Below, piece by piece: positions 1-9,280 of a stretch of 60,136 nucleotides of DNA (its first letter is position 1; every line of letters starts with the position of its first letter). A program made the translations under genes and the position numbers. The notes beneath the pieces are model-generated. The model was not told the origin of the DNA. It ran no database searches and saw only the letters and a program-made list of their open reading frames with translations. Source of the stretch: Verrucomicrobiota bacterium (GTDB taxonomy: Bacteria; Verrucomicrobiota; Verrucomicrobiia; Opitutales; JAKPNF01); the NCBI GenBank assembly GCA_029548565.1, contig JAKPNF010000036.1, positions 1 to 60,136 on the forward strand. Reading direction: 5' to 3'.

Positions 1-767
1 ACTTCATCTTCCGCTCGCGCGAGTTCGAGCAGATGGAGATGGAATATTTTATCCACCCCGAGGCCGACTGGCAAAAACTGCACCGTGAATGGATCGACTG
101 GTGCCACGACTGGCTGGTGTCCATCGGCATCCCTGCCGAGATGCTCTCGGAATACGAGCATCCGAAAGAAAAACTTTCTTTCTACTCGCGCGGCACGGTG
201 GACATCATGTTCAAATATCCCTTCGGCGTGCAGGAACTCTGGGGCATCGCCGCGCGCGGCAACTACGATTTGACGCAGCACGCCAACGCCAGCGGCAAAC
301 CGCTGGATATGTTCGACGAGGACAGCAAACAAAAGGTGGTCCCGCACGTGATCGAACCAGCCGTGGGCGTCGACCGCATCGTGCTGGCGGTTTTGTGCGC
401 GGCTTACGCCGAGGAGGAAGTCGAGGGCGAGACGCGCGTGGTCTTGCGCCTGCACCCGCGCATCGCGCCGGTGAAAGTGGCGGTCTTGCCGCTGGTTAAA
501 AACAAGCCCGAGCTGGTCGCCAAGGCCGACGCGCTTTACCGCAAGCTCAAGCGCCGCTGGAATGTTTTCTGGGACGCCTCCGGCGCCATCGGCCGGCGCT
601 ACCGCCGCATGGACGAGATCGGCACGCCCTTCTGCGTGACCGTGGACTTCGACACCCTCGAAAAAGACGGCGCCGTGACCCTGCGCGAGCGCGACAGCAT
701 GCAACAACGCCGCGTCAGCGAAGAAGAACTCATAGCCGAACTTTCCAGGCAAATCGACGGCGTTTAA
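1..767 (+). CDS. glyQS: glycine--tRNA ligase (homodimeric class II GlyQS type), C-terminal part; 5' end outside the window
   Basis: The frame of ORF 33..767 stays open back to base 3. The translation ([36 protein letters not shown]) looks like the GlyQS catalytic core end plus anticodon-binding domain. TAA stop at 765..767. Confidence 0.9.
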   Translation, partial: FIFRSREFEQMEMEYFIHPEADWQKLHREWIDWCHDWLVSIGIPAEMLSEYEHPKEKLSFYSRGTVDIMFKYPFGVQELWGIAARGNYDLTQHANASGKPLDMFDEDSKQKVVPHVIEPAVGVDRIVLAVLCAAYAEEEVEGETRVVLRLHPRIAPVKVAVLPLVKNKPELVAKADALYRKLKRRWNVFWDASGAIGRRYRRMDEIGTPFCVTVDFDTLEKDGAVTLRERDSMQQRRVSEEELIAELSRQIDGV

Positions 768-1081
768 AAAACGCCCGGAATCGCCCGGGATGCAGCCATC
801 CTGCATGTGCTCGGTGGACATAGATCTCCACGCGCTCCATAGCCCTGTGGCATCCAAAAATGCGCGCATTCGCAGCCTTTAGCCGTCCTTACAATCTCCA
901 CCAGACTTGCATCTGCAGAGGAAACTTTAATGGAACTTTTGCGTCCTTTGCATGTCTTTATAGTGCCCATTGTAATGAATGGTCGTTAACTCAATATATG
1001 TATCTTTCTAAAGAATAACGGATTGAGATTTTTAAATTGTTGACTGATTGTATATTTTTTATTCAAAATCAAACTTTCGAT

Positions 1082-2995
1082 ATGTTAAAAATTCCCTCTA
1101 AGATTTTCTTTTTGGTGTTGGCGGGCGTTTGCGCCTGTGCGAGTGCGCAAACCGGCACCATGACGGTGGGGCCCGGCTTGGTCAACACGGTGGTTCGCCA
1201 GTGGGGCACTGGCTCGACGGCGTACGATTACCTCGTTGTCGGCGGCACAAGCATCACCACCTCCGGCACCTCGATTTATTTGCAGACCGGCTCCTTGACC
1301 ATCGACGTGACCGCCGGGGAAACACCCGGGTCCATCGCGTTTTCTTCCGACGGCGTCAACGACGGTTCCGGCAGCGTCTATTTGCTTTCGCGCGATTACG
1401 GGGCGACCAGCTTGGACATTAACGGCGGGGCCGACCGCAGCGTCTCGTTTCACATCACCGACCAGTTTGCCGGGGCAAAGACGACTTATGCGCTGTTCAT
1501 CCGCGGGCGCGAGTTGATGGCCGGGCGCGAGCACGTCGGCGTCATCGACGGGGTGAAAGTCCTGACCGAGGGCAAGGGCGTGGTCGGCATGCTTTTCAGC
1601 GACACGACCGTCAAGATCAACAACAGCGAGATCAGGACGACCGGCGGAGTGAGCGAGCTGGGTTATTCTTCGGACGGCATCCGCCTGCAGGGTGACGCGG
1701 AAATGCTCATCACCAACTCTGAGATTTTCACGAGCGCCGCCTCCGCCAGCGCGATCCAAACCAGCGACGGCAGCATCGTCGCCGAAAACATCCTGGTGCA
1801 GACAACGGGTGACAACGCCAACGCGCTACACCTGCTCAAGTCCAATTCCTTTGGCACGAACAAGGACGCCACCGTCTCGTTCACCGCCTCCACCATCAGC
1901 ACCACGGGCGACAATGCCATCGGTCTGGCGGCGTTTGTCTACGGCACCCAGCTTGGCTCCATCAGCTACACCGCGACGCTCGACGGCTCGACGGTGACGA
2001 CATCCGGCAGCGGCTCGCACGCCGTGGCGCTCAGCGGCGAGGGCGCGACGCTCAGCGTTGAAAACGGCACGGACATTTTCACCGGCGGGCAGAACGCCTA
2101 TGCGGTGGCCAGCGCTCAGGGCGACGTGGCGGTCTTGGATTCAAGCGTGCGCTCCGCGCAAGGTGCGGCTTTGGCGGTGAGTCAGGGCGGCTCGATCGCG
2201 GCGACCAATAGCGCGATCGCGGGCATGAACGCTGTGCAGGTCAGCGACGAGATTTTGTTCGCCACTACGGCGGCGGCGATCACGCCGCGAGCCAACAATG
2301 TCACCATCGACGGCGGCACGCTGACGGCCACGGGCGCGGCGATTATCGTCAAAAAGATCGACACCGAATCCACTGGCTCCATTGCGGCGCTCATCACTTT
2401 GAAAAACGGCGTCCAAGTGTCCTCGGGCACGGGCGTTTTGCTGGATAACCAGTCTTTGAAGGGGGAGATCAACTTGTCGATTCAGGACGGCACCAGTGTT
2501 TCCGGCATGATTGTCGGCGCCGCCTCGGCGGATTCCACCACCAGTGCCTTCATTGAAACGGGCAGCACGTGGAACGCCTCGGCGGACTCGTCGTTCACCT
2601 CGCTGCTTGCGGGCGGCCAGTTCGCCATTGACGCCGGGGTGACGGTGGCGCTTTCCGGCAAGATGCAGTGGTGGGACAGCGGCAGCCTCGATTTGGGCAT
2701 GGGCGCGATGATCGACGCGGAGGTGTTCGACGTCGCCATGCTGTCGGGAAAAATCACCGTGAACTTTGAGGACATGACTTCCGACGTCATCGAGATCGCC
2801 CGTTTCCAGAGCCTGGCGTTTGTCGGCTCTGATGATGCCAACGATTATTTCAAGGCGGGCAACCTTACCGGTTACTTCGAGTTCACCGCCGACAACAAGC
2901 TCGTTTTCCACAACGACATCCCCGAGCCCGCCCTCTCAGCCGCCCTGTTATCCCTAGGCGCCCTCGCGCTGGCAACCCGCCGCCGCCGCAAGTAA
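1082..2995 (+). CDS. PEP-CTERM-anchored surface protein with Gly/Thr/Ser-rich beta-helix-type repeats
   Basis: ATG 1082 gives the signal peptide MLKIPSKIFFLVLAGVCACASAQT. The C-terminus IPEPALSAALLSLGALALATRRRRK is PEP motif + TM helix + Arg cluster, i.e. a PEP-CTERM sorting signal. An intrinsic terminator follows. Confidence 0.8.
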   Translation: MLKIPSKIFFLVLAGVCACASAQTGTMTVGPGLVNTVVRQWGTGSTAYDYLVVGGTSITTSGTSIYLQTGSLTIDVTAGETPGSIAFSSDGVNDGSGSVYLLSRDYGATSLDINGGADRSVSFHITDQFAGAKTTYALFIRGRELMAGREHVGVIDGVKVLTEGKGVVGMLFSDTTVKINNSEIRTTGGVSELGYSSDGIRLQGDAEMLITNSEIFTSAASASAIQTSDGSIVAENILVQTTGDNANALHLLKSNSFGTNKDATVSFTASTISTTGDNAIGLAAFVYGTQLGSISYTATLDGSTVTTSGSGSHAVALSGEGATLSVENGTDIFTGGQNAYAVASAQGDVAVLDSSVRSAQGAALAVSQGGSIAATNSAIAGMNAVQVSDEILFATTAAAITPRANNVTIDGGTLTATGAAIIVKKIDTESTGSIAALITLKNGVQVSSGTGVLLDNQSLKGEINLSIQDGTSVSGMIVGAASADSTTSAFIETGSTWNASADSSFTSLLAGGQFAIDAGVTVALSGKMQWWDSGSLDLGMGAMIDAEVFDVAMLSGKITVNFEDMTSDVIEIARFQSLAFVGSDDANDYFKAGNLTGYFEFTADNKLVFHNDIPEPALSAALLSLGALALATRRRRK

Positions 2996-3011
2996 TTCTT
3001 ACAGCGCGAAC

Positions 3012-3046
3012 AAAAAAGGCGGCTCTGCATGGAGCCGCCTTTTTTG
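3012..3046 (+). terminator. rho-independent terminator after the first PEP-CTERM gene
   Basis: Stem ggcggctc (3018..3025) pairs with gagccgcc (3032..3039), loop tgcatg. An A-run lies 5' and a T6 run at 3040..3045. Confidence 0.7.
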
Positions 3047-3087
3047 TTCGCGCGGGAGGGAAGGTGGAGGTGATGAAGGTGATGAAT

Positions 3088-3167
3088 GCGGGGAAAACTT
3101 TTTTTGAATAAAAAAAGTCTTCCCCGCACCCCTTTCAAAAAAATTTTATGACGGATGCTGCGCATCC
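3088..3167 (-). repeat. intergenic hairpin repeat, copy A (minus orientation)
   Basis: The reverse complement reads ggatgcgcagcatccgtcataaaatttttttgaaaggggtgcggggaagactttttttattcaaaaaaagttttccccgc. By eye it is close to 90 percent identical to copy C at 43146..43223. Confidence 0.75.
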
Positions 3168-3241
3168 TAATGGCGTAAGATTGTGTGCGTTCGCCAGAGA
3201 TAATATATAAACACGCGACAATTCATAAACGCGCACCGCTT

Positions 3242-3328
3242 CGTCCTGCGTCAGCCAAAATATTAAAAGTTTTTTGGGAAAGGGGGCGTGGGGGAAAAAC
3301 CTTTTCTTCAGAAAAGGTTTTTCCCCAC
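3242..3328 (+). repeat. intergenic hairpin repeat, copy A2 (plus orientation, inverted relative to copy A)
   Basis: Sequence cgtcctgcgtcagccaaaatattaaaagttttttgggaaagggggcgtgggggaaaaaccttttcttcagaaaaggtttttccccac. It has the same architecture as copy B (25475..25557) and is followed by a (CA)5 run at 3326..3336. Confidence 0.7.
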
Positions 3329-3353
3329 ACACACACTCAGACACCTCCCTCTC

Positions 3354-4892
3354 CTACCGCGTCCCTGTTCTGAAGGGGGAGAGGGGGAGATTTGCGGCGT
3401 TTACTATGTTGGCGTTTGTGGCGGGGTTGCTCCAGGCGTAGCGGGCGATCTTTGGATTTTTTATAGCGTCGGCCCACACTACTATGGTTTGGCCTTCGAT
3501 CTTGGCTTGGGCGGGGATGAATTGGCCGTCTTCGCCGGCGATTTCGAAGGCGCCGGGGGCTTGGCCGTCGGAGGTTTTTAAGCCCCGGGCGGCCTCGGTG
3601 AATTGGCAGATGATCTTTCCGTTCTTTATCTGGGCGGATTTGAAGAAGGGCGAGTCAGCGGCAATCGGTTTTTGGTAAGTATGCTTTTGTGCCAGCAGCG
3701 CGAGTCGGCGGCCAAGCTCGCGTTTGTTGCGCGGGTGGCGGTCGTTCAGTTCGCCGATGTCTATGCAAACGGCGGTGTGGGCGTTTGGCAGTTCTTGAAT
3801 CTGTGCCTGCGCCTCACGCATCAGCGGCCAGCCGCGGCCGGAGGTTTCGTAGCTCATCTTGTCGGAGATGTTGGCCAACTGCACGATGTAGAAAGGCAGG
3901 TCGGGGCGCTGCCAGCGCGCGCGCCAGTCGGCGATCAAGTCTGCGAGCAGGTCTTTGTAGGAGACCGAAGTGAGCGTCAGCGGCACATCGGCCTCGCCCT
4001 GATTCCACAGGGTGCCGCGTATCGCGTAGGGGATCAGCGGATTGATCAGCGAATTGAACAGCACCGCCGTGCGGCAATAACCTTTGGGGCCGGGGAAGTA
4101 GGGGTTGTCGCTCGAGGCGCTTTCGCCCGGCTCGTTGTTGGCTTTTTGGCGCGCCTGTTTGTCTTGAAAGCGCTTCTCCCAGCGTTGTCCTGCCGCCTGC
4201 ATGTAGTCGACCACCGTCTGGGCGTGTGGGCTTTTTTCAAAGACCTCGCGCGCCGTCATCGAGTGGATGGGCGCGCCGCCCTTGTTGGAGTTGATGATGC
4301 CCACCGGCACGTCGAGCGCCTCGTGGATGTTGCGGGCGAAAAAGTAACCCATGGCGGAAAATTCCCCGGCCGTTTGGGGCGTGCAAACTTTCCAGGTGCC
4401 CGGCACTGTTGTCTGCGGCTCGTCGGCCGCGAAAATGGCTGTGCGAAATTCGCGGATGTCCGGGAAATTCGCGCCGGCGGCTTCTTTTTTGCCGTCGAGG
4501 TCGTTTCTTAGCGGCATCGTTGCGTTGGACTGCCCGCTGACAAGCCACACCTCGCCCGTCACCACATTGGAAAACGTGACGGTGTTTCTCTCGCCTTTGA
4601 TGACCAACTGCCCGCTGAGTTTGGGTTTGAGCGCGTCCAAAGCGAGCATCCAGTTGCCCTGGGCGTCCGCCTGAGTCTGTTGGCGCTGGCCGGCGTAGGA
4701 AACCTCGACGCGCTCGCCGGGTGTGGCCGTGCCCCACACGGGGACGGCCATGCCGCTTTGCAACACGGCGTTGTCGGTGAACAAACTGGCGGGTGTGACG
4801 TCGGCGCGCAGGACGGCGGCTCCTAAAAAGACGAGCGCCAGCAACGGTTTCAAACAACGGGGAAAGGGGTGATTATGCGCGGATTTACTCAT
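3354..4892 (-). CDS. sialate O-acetylesterase-like carbohydrate esterase (SGNH-type, secreted)
   Basis: 512 aa with an N-terminal signal peptide (LKPLLALVFLGAAVLRADV). The GEVWLVSGQSNATMPL block and the later WNQGEAD block are typical of the sialic acid 9-O-acetylesterase / DUF303 family. Confidence 0.7.
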   Translation of the reverse strand: MSKSAHNHPFPRCLKPLLALVFLGAAVLRADVTPASLFTDNAVLQSGMAVPVWGTATPGERVEVSYAGQRQQTQADAQGNWMLALDALKPKLSGQLVIKGERNTVTFSNVVTGEVWLVSGQSNATMPLRNDLDGKKEAAGANFPDIREFRTAIFAADEPQTTVPGTWKVCTPQTAGEFSAMGYFFARNIHEALDVPVGIINSNKGGAPIHSMTAREVFEKSPHAQTVVDYMQAAGQRWEKRFQDKQARQKANNEPGESASSDNPYFPGPKGYCRTAVLFNSLINPLIPYAIRGTLWNQGEADVPLTLTSVSYKDLLADLIADWRARWQRPDLPFYIVQLANISDKMSYETSGRGWPLMREAQAQIQELPNAHTAVCIDIGELNDRHPRNKRELGRRLALLAQKHTYQKPIAADSPFFKSAQIKNGKIICQFTEAARGLKTSDGQAPGAFEIAGEDGQFIPAQAKIEGQTIVVWADAIKNPKIARYAWSNPATNANIVNAANLPLSPFRTGTR

Positions 4893-4951
4893 AAATTTAT
4901 TTAAACGGCTTTTAAAAAAATTTGCAAGGCGCGCGCGTTTTTCGCATCAAA

Positions 4952-4985
4952 CAAAAAAGCGAACGGCCATTGCGTTCGCTTTTTG
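4952..4985 (-). terminator. bidirectional-looking intrinsic terminator downstream of the HdeD-like gene
   Basis: Stem agcgaacg (4958..4965) pairs with cgttcgct (4973..4980). It is flanked by an A-run and a T-run, so a hairpin plus U-tract reads on the minus strand. Confidence 0.65.
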
Positions 4986-5009
4986 AAAATGGAGTGCGCC
5001 CAAAGAAGG

Positions 5010-5531
5010 TCACAATTCCATCTGTTCCAATTTGCGCTCGACGCCCGTCCAGACCAAGCTGGCGATGCCGGTGAACAGCAGGTTCAGCCCGACGAGTATT
5101 CCCAAAAGCATCATGCTGATTCCGGGGCTGGCCAGCATGACCGCGCCCAGAATGATGGTGAGAATGCCGTCCAGCAGGATGAACGCCGCGCCCTTGTTTT
5201 TGCGCAGCTTGCCCCAGGCGATGAACAGGAAAATGCTTTCCACCAAAAAAATGATGCCGACGGCGCTCGCCAGCACCAGCGTGCCCTCCAGCGGGTTTTT
5301 GAGCAGGAAAACACTCGCTGCCAGATAAAGGACAAACATGACGGCGCACAGCACCTTGCCCACGGCGCCGGAACTGTAGGGCAGTTGCAGCAGCGTGAAA
5401 ACGGCGGCGAACAGCAGCGCCACGCCGACAAAAATTTCGGCGGCCACAGCGGTCGCCCACGGGAAAAGGATGCAGAAGACGCCTCCGATAATCAACAGAA
5501 TCGCCAGCAGGCGGGAAGTGGACGGTTTCAT
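5010..5531 (-). CDS. small polytopic membrane protein, HdeD/DUF308-like
   Basis: 173 aa, almost entirely hydrophobic helices (LLAILLIIGGVFCILFPW..., ILGAVMLASPGISMMLLGILVGLNLLFTGI). This resembles the HdeD family repeat pattern. Confidence 0.5.
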   Translation of the reverse strand: MKPSTSRLLAILLIIGGVFCILFPWATAVAAEIFVGVALLFAAVFTLLQLPYSSGAVGKVLCAVMFVLYLAASVFLLKNPLEGTLVLASAVGIIFLVESIFLFIAWGKLRKNKGAAFILLDGILTIILGAVMLASPGISMMLLGILVGLNLLFTGIASLVWTGVERKLEQMEL

Positions 5532-5651
5532 AATGGCAATCAGACAAGGGTTATGGCCGCCCTTTGCAAAACGGGCTGCCGTGATTTTTCATGCCCAAAA
5601 TCTACATTCAAACCGCGGCATTGCAAGCCGCCGTCCAAAAAACGCGGGAAT

Positions 5652-5685
5652 AAAAAAATCCCGCCCTGCAGCGGGCGGGATTTTT
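5652..5685 (-). terminator. intrinsic terminator after PEP-CTERM gene 5714..7333
   Basis: Stem tcccgccc (5659..5666) pairs with gggcggga (5673..5680), loop tgcagc. The A7 run 5' gives a U-tract on the minus strand. Confidence 0.7.
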
Positions 5686-5713
5686 AAGAAAGGAAAAAGA
5701 AAAAAAACGTCTT

Positions 5714-7333
5714 CTAGCGGCGACGCGCGACTAATCCCAAGGCCAGCAGGCTCAGCAGCGCGGCGGCGTGGGCGGCTTCGGGAATGTTTCCATTAAAGGT
5801 CAGCAGCCCTGTCAGCGTGTCGAGCGTGTATTCAGACAGAGCCAGTTCCTGCCCGTCGGCCAGGAGGATCTTAAAATTGTCCAAGGCGGTGCCGGAAATG
5901 CTCGCGCCGTTGAGCAGCTCGATGAGCTGCATGGTCTGCCCTGCGTCGGCGACAAAGCCCTCGCTGAGCACCAGGGTGACGCGGCCGTCGCCCGTGAGCT
6001 TGGCGCCCTCGTCCAGCGAGATGGCGGTGAACTCTGTCAGCGTGTTTGCCGAGAGCACCACCTCGCCCAAGACGTTGAGGTTGCCTTCTTCAAGCGAGGC
6101 GCTTGTGCCCAATTTCAAAACGGCGTCGCTGCCGACCGTGATCTGTGTGGCGACGGCCAGCATCGCTTCATCCTCGGGCCACATGGCGATAACCGTGCCC
6201 TCCTTCAAGGTGCACAGGTTGTCCCATTCGTAAGTCCCGCCGGAGAGGGTGATGCCCTTGCCGACACTCGCCCCGCCAGTTATGTAAAAAGTGCCGCCAT
6301 CGCCCTGAATCTGGATGGAAACGGTGTCGGTCGGATAGGAACTAAACGCCATCGCGCGCTTTGTCGAGGCATTGTTGACGGCCTTGAGCGTGGCGCCATC
6401 AGCCAAATAAAGGGTGTTTTCCGTCTCGGCCGACCTTCCGGAACCATCCTGGAACATGTAAGCCACGGCGACGCTGTCCGTGCCTGTGCCGGTGGCGGTG
6501 GCAACGATGCTGCCGGCAACGGTTCCCAGGTGATCCCCGCTTTCGGTGCTGAAGGCGATGCCCACCGCCAGCAGGCCGTCGACCGTTACGTTTGCGGTGG
6601 AGGAAATTTCACCGATGTAAGAGCTTTCCCCGGACAAGTTGATTCCCACGGCCAACAGATCCGACGACGACACCTTGATCTGCGATTGAACCGCCTGCAC
6701 GCTGGACTCCTGCAAGACGATGCCATAGGCGCCATTGGAGGCGGTGACAGCGATAAGCCCCGTCATATTTTGCGCGTACACCTCGTTATACAGGGCGACG
6801 CCTATGCCTTGCTGCGACTGCACATGAATTTCGCCGCCAATGTTGCCCATGGAGATGCTTCCGGCGGCCGTGCGGTGGCCTTCGGCGACAACTCCGTAAG
6901 CCTGGGAATAATTCCCGGTGGAAACCGTGATGGTGCCGGTGAAGTTACCAATGCTTGCCTCGGTCAGCAAGCCGTGCGCCGTGGCGCTGCTGTAGGTGAC
7001 CCAATCCGTGTGCGAGCGGATGGTGGCGCCAATGTCCCCCACGGCGGAAGCCACACTGGTGATATAGATGCCAATGGCGTCGTTTCTGTAGCCGGTGGCG
7101 ACAATGGAGACGCCTGCGGGCACGCCGCCCGCCAGCCCCACCTTGTCATAAATGCCATAAGCGGTGCCTTCTCCTGTGGTTGTCTGCGTGACGTCCGCGA
7201 CGATCGTCGGTGGCAGAATTTCCGTCGGCGAGGAGACGGTCAAACCGGTGACATTCTCGGCGAACAGCCCGCCCAACGACAGGGCGCCGGCAAGCGAAAA
7301 AGCGATCAGTGATTTACGGGATAATTTAAACAT
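5714..7333 (-). CDS. PEP-CTERM-type surface protein (variant P-E-A motif), tandem paralog of 7504..9130
   Basis: The ORF opens at TTG 7360. ATG 7333 gives MFKLSRKSLIAFSLAGALSLGGLFA, which parallels the signal peptide of the neighbouring paralog. The C-terminus is NIPEAAHAAALLSLLALGLVARRR. Confidence 0.75.
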   Translation of the reverse strand: MFKLSRKSLIAFSLAGALSLGGLFAENVTGLTVSSPTEILPPTIVADVTQTTTGEGTAYGIYDKVGLAGGVPAGVSIVATGYRNDAIGIYITSVASAVGDIGATIRSHTDWVTYSSATAHGLLTEASIGNFTGTITVSTGNYSQAYGVVAEGHRTAAGSISMGNIGGEIHVQSQQGIGVALYNEVYAQNMTGLIAVTASNGAYGIVLQESSVQAVQSQIKVSSSDLLAVGINLSGESSYIGEISSTANVTVDGLLAVGIAFSTESGDHLGTVAGSIVATATGTGTDSVAVAYMFQDGSGRSAETENTLYLADGATLKAVNNASTKRAMAFSSYPTDTVSIQIQGDGGTFYITGGASVGKGITLSGGTYEWDNLCTLKEGTVIAMWPEDEAMLAVATQITVGSDAVLKLGTSASLEEGNLNVLGEVVLSANTLTEFTAISLDEGAKLTGDGRVTLVLSEGFVADAGQTMQLIELLNGASISGTALDNFKILLADGQELALSEYTLDTLTGLLTFNGNIPEAAHAAALLSLLALGLVARRR

Positions 7334-7452
7334 TACAGCAAGCGGTTTTGGGAATCTCAATTATAGGTAAAGTACAATTTTAGCCAGGATACTATTCGAA
7401 TGACAAGTGATTTCACGAAAAGTTCCCCGAATTGACGTTGAATTGAAGAAAT

Positions 7453-7480
7453 AAAAAGACCCTCAAGGGAGGGTCTTTTT
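7453..7480 (-). terminator. intrinsic terminator after PEP-CTERM paralog 7504..9130
   Basis: Stem agaccctc (7457..7464) pairs with gagggtct (7469..7476), loop aagg, flanked by A- and T-runs. Confidence 0.7.
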
Positions 7481-7503
7481 AACAAAGGCAATCGCCCGTG
7501 TTA

Positions 7504-9130
7504 CTATTTGCGGCGCGCGACCAGTGCCATCGCTAACAGCCCCAGCAATGCGGCGGCCGCGGCGGGTTCCGGAATGTCGGCGTGGAAGGTCAAGACGCCG
7601 GTGGAATAATCGAACGAATAGTCGGATACTTTGACCACGCGGCCGTCTTCGTAGACCAACGTGAGCGTGCCGCCCAACTGCGCGTCGAGCACGCCGTCGG
7701 TCAACTCGAACAGCTGCATGGTCTGCCCGTCGGTCGCGCTGAACAGGTTGTCCAAACGCAGCGTGATGGCGCCGTCGCCCTCGACGCTGGCGCCGCGGTC
7801 AAGCGTCACGGAGGAAAAGCTGTCCACGGTGTCGGCGGTCAGCACGAGCTTGCCCGCCACATCGACCACGCTTTCCTTAAAGACGGCGTTGTCTTCCAAG
7901 ATAACGGTGGCAGTGCTGGCGATGGTGATGTTGGTCACCTCGGTGCTGATGAAGCCGATGGCCAACGCGCGCCCGCTTTCGACCGTGTGCAAATTGCTCC
8001 AGTTGTAAACGCCGTTTTCAATCAGCGTGCCGCCCGCGCCGACCAAGCCGCCGACCATTTTGAAGTTGTCGGTGGCGCTTTGGCCGCGAATGGTGATCAG
8101 CCCGGCATTGTTGTTGCCCGCGACAAAGGCCAGCTCGCTGTCGAGCTGTTGCACGGCGATGATTTGGGCGCCGTTGACCAAGTCCACCGTCGTCGCGATG
8201 GTTCCGGTTGGCGTACTGCCATTGTCTACGTTTGTGAAAATGCCCGCCACGACAGAATTATCGCCCAGAACCCCGTTGGAGGTGATCTTGATTTTTCCGG
8301 CCAGCGGACCCATGAAAGCGGAAGCGACGCCGGGGTTATCGATGTGGTTCAGCACAATGCCTGCGCCAATGGCGCAGGTGAGGTCTATGTTCGCCGCGGC
8401 GTCGATGTACCCCAGGTTGCTGTTGAGTTGCGATTGCAAGCCCACGGCAATGCCCTCGTTGTTGACGGCGGTGATGGTGCCGGAAAATGTCTGGAAGGAA
8501 GCGCTAGTGCGCAAAAGCACGCCCATGGTGTCGCCGCCGCCGCCGGAAAGGGTGATGGCCGTGGAGACATTCTGCGCGCTGAGCGAGGCCAGGTCCATGC
8601 CGTAGGGCCCCCACACGTTTTGCGTTTGGGCGATGTAAATGCTGCCGCCGACGTTGTTGGCGGACACGCCGCCATTCCCATACACATCAATCCCGATGGC
8701 CCGGTATTCTGACGAAAGCGTGATGGTGGCATTAATGTCGCCCACGATGGTGCTGCTGTCCGGCGGCAGTACTAAACCAAATCCCTTGCGAGGTGCCGTC
8801 AAAGCCGTTGGACGAAACGCTTATGGTAGCCTCGATATTTCCAATGGTTCCGGGAGAGCCCACCCGTATGCCGATGGCAAAGCCATTTTCGGCATAGGCC
8901 GAGATATAGACCGAGGAATCGACACCGCCTTGCAGGCCGGTTGCCTCCTGATAAATGCCGGTTGCCGAATTGGCGCCAGGGCCGCCCGTCGCGCTGGCGG
9001 AAATGGTGCCGGAAGGAATGTCCATCGGCGAGGAGGCCGTGAAGCCGACGACATCTTCGGCCTGCGCGCCTTGTGACAACAAGGCAACAACGGCGCAAAA
9101 AGCGCCTATTTTTTCAAGGGATAATTTCAT
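7504..9130 (-). pseudogene. PEP-CTERM surface protein paralog with a broken reading frame (ORFs 8732..9130 and 7504..8802)
   Basis: ORF 8732..9130 carries the signal peptide and first repeats (MKLSLEKIGAFCAVVALLSQGAQA...). ORF 7504..8802 carries the remaining repeats and ends DIPEPAAAAALLGLLAMALVARRK. The two overlap in different frames over 8732..8802. Both halves are collinear with the intact paralog 5714..7333. Confidence 0.65.
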
Positions 9131-9280
9131 GCGAGATTCAGAATAGGAGATTAAGAATACAAAAGCAAATAAATATCTTATAGTTTTACTTACCTATTTA
9201 GCAATCATTGGTTTCTCAAAAAGGCGCATTTAATACAAGGCCGGTCATTTGCCATCTTGCGGTGCTTCGCCATACGGTTT

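Noticed and set aside
764-970. 68-aa ORF on the minus strand in the glyQS / PEP-CTERM intergenic region.
   Set aside because: It overlaps the glyQS stop, has no recognisable features, and the surrounding region becomes AT-rich and promoter-like. It is probably non-coding.
3069-3086. Tandem 9-mer aggtgatga x2, and the (CA)5 run at 3326..3336.
   Set aside because: They are very short and could arise by chance. They are mentioned only because they flank the repeat elements.
3135-3581. Small ORFs 3135..3344(-), 3185..3373(+), 3288..3581(+) and 2872..3165(-).
   Set aside because: They run through the intergenic hairpin repeats and the terminator. Their peptide similarity (GEKPFL.KRFFP) simply reflects the repeated DNA, and 3288..3581 also overlaps the esterase 3' end.
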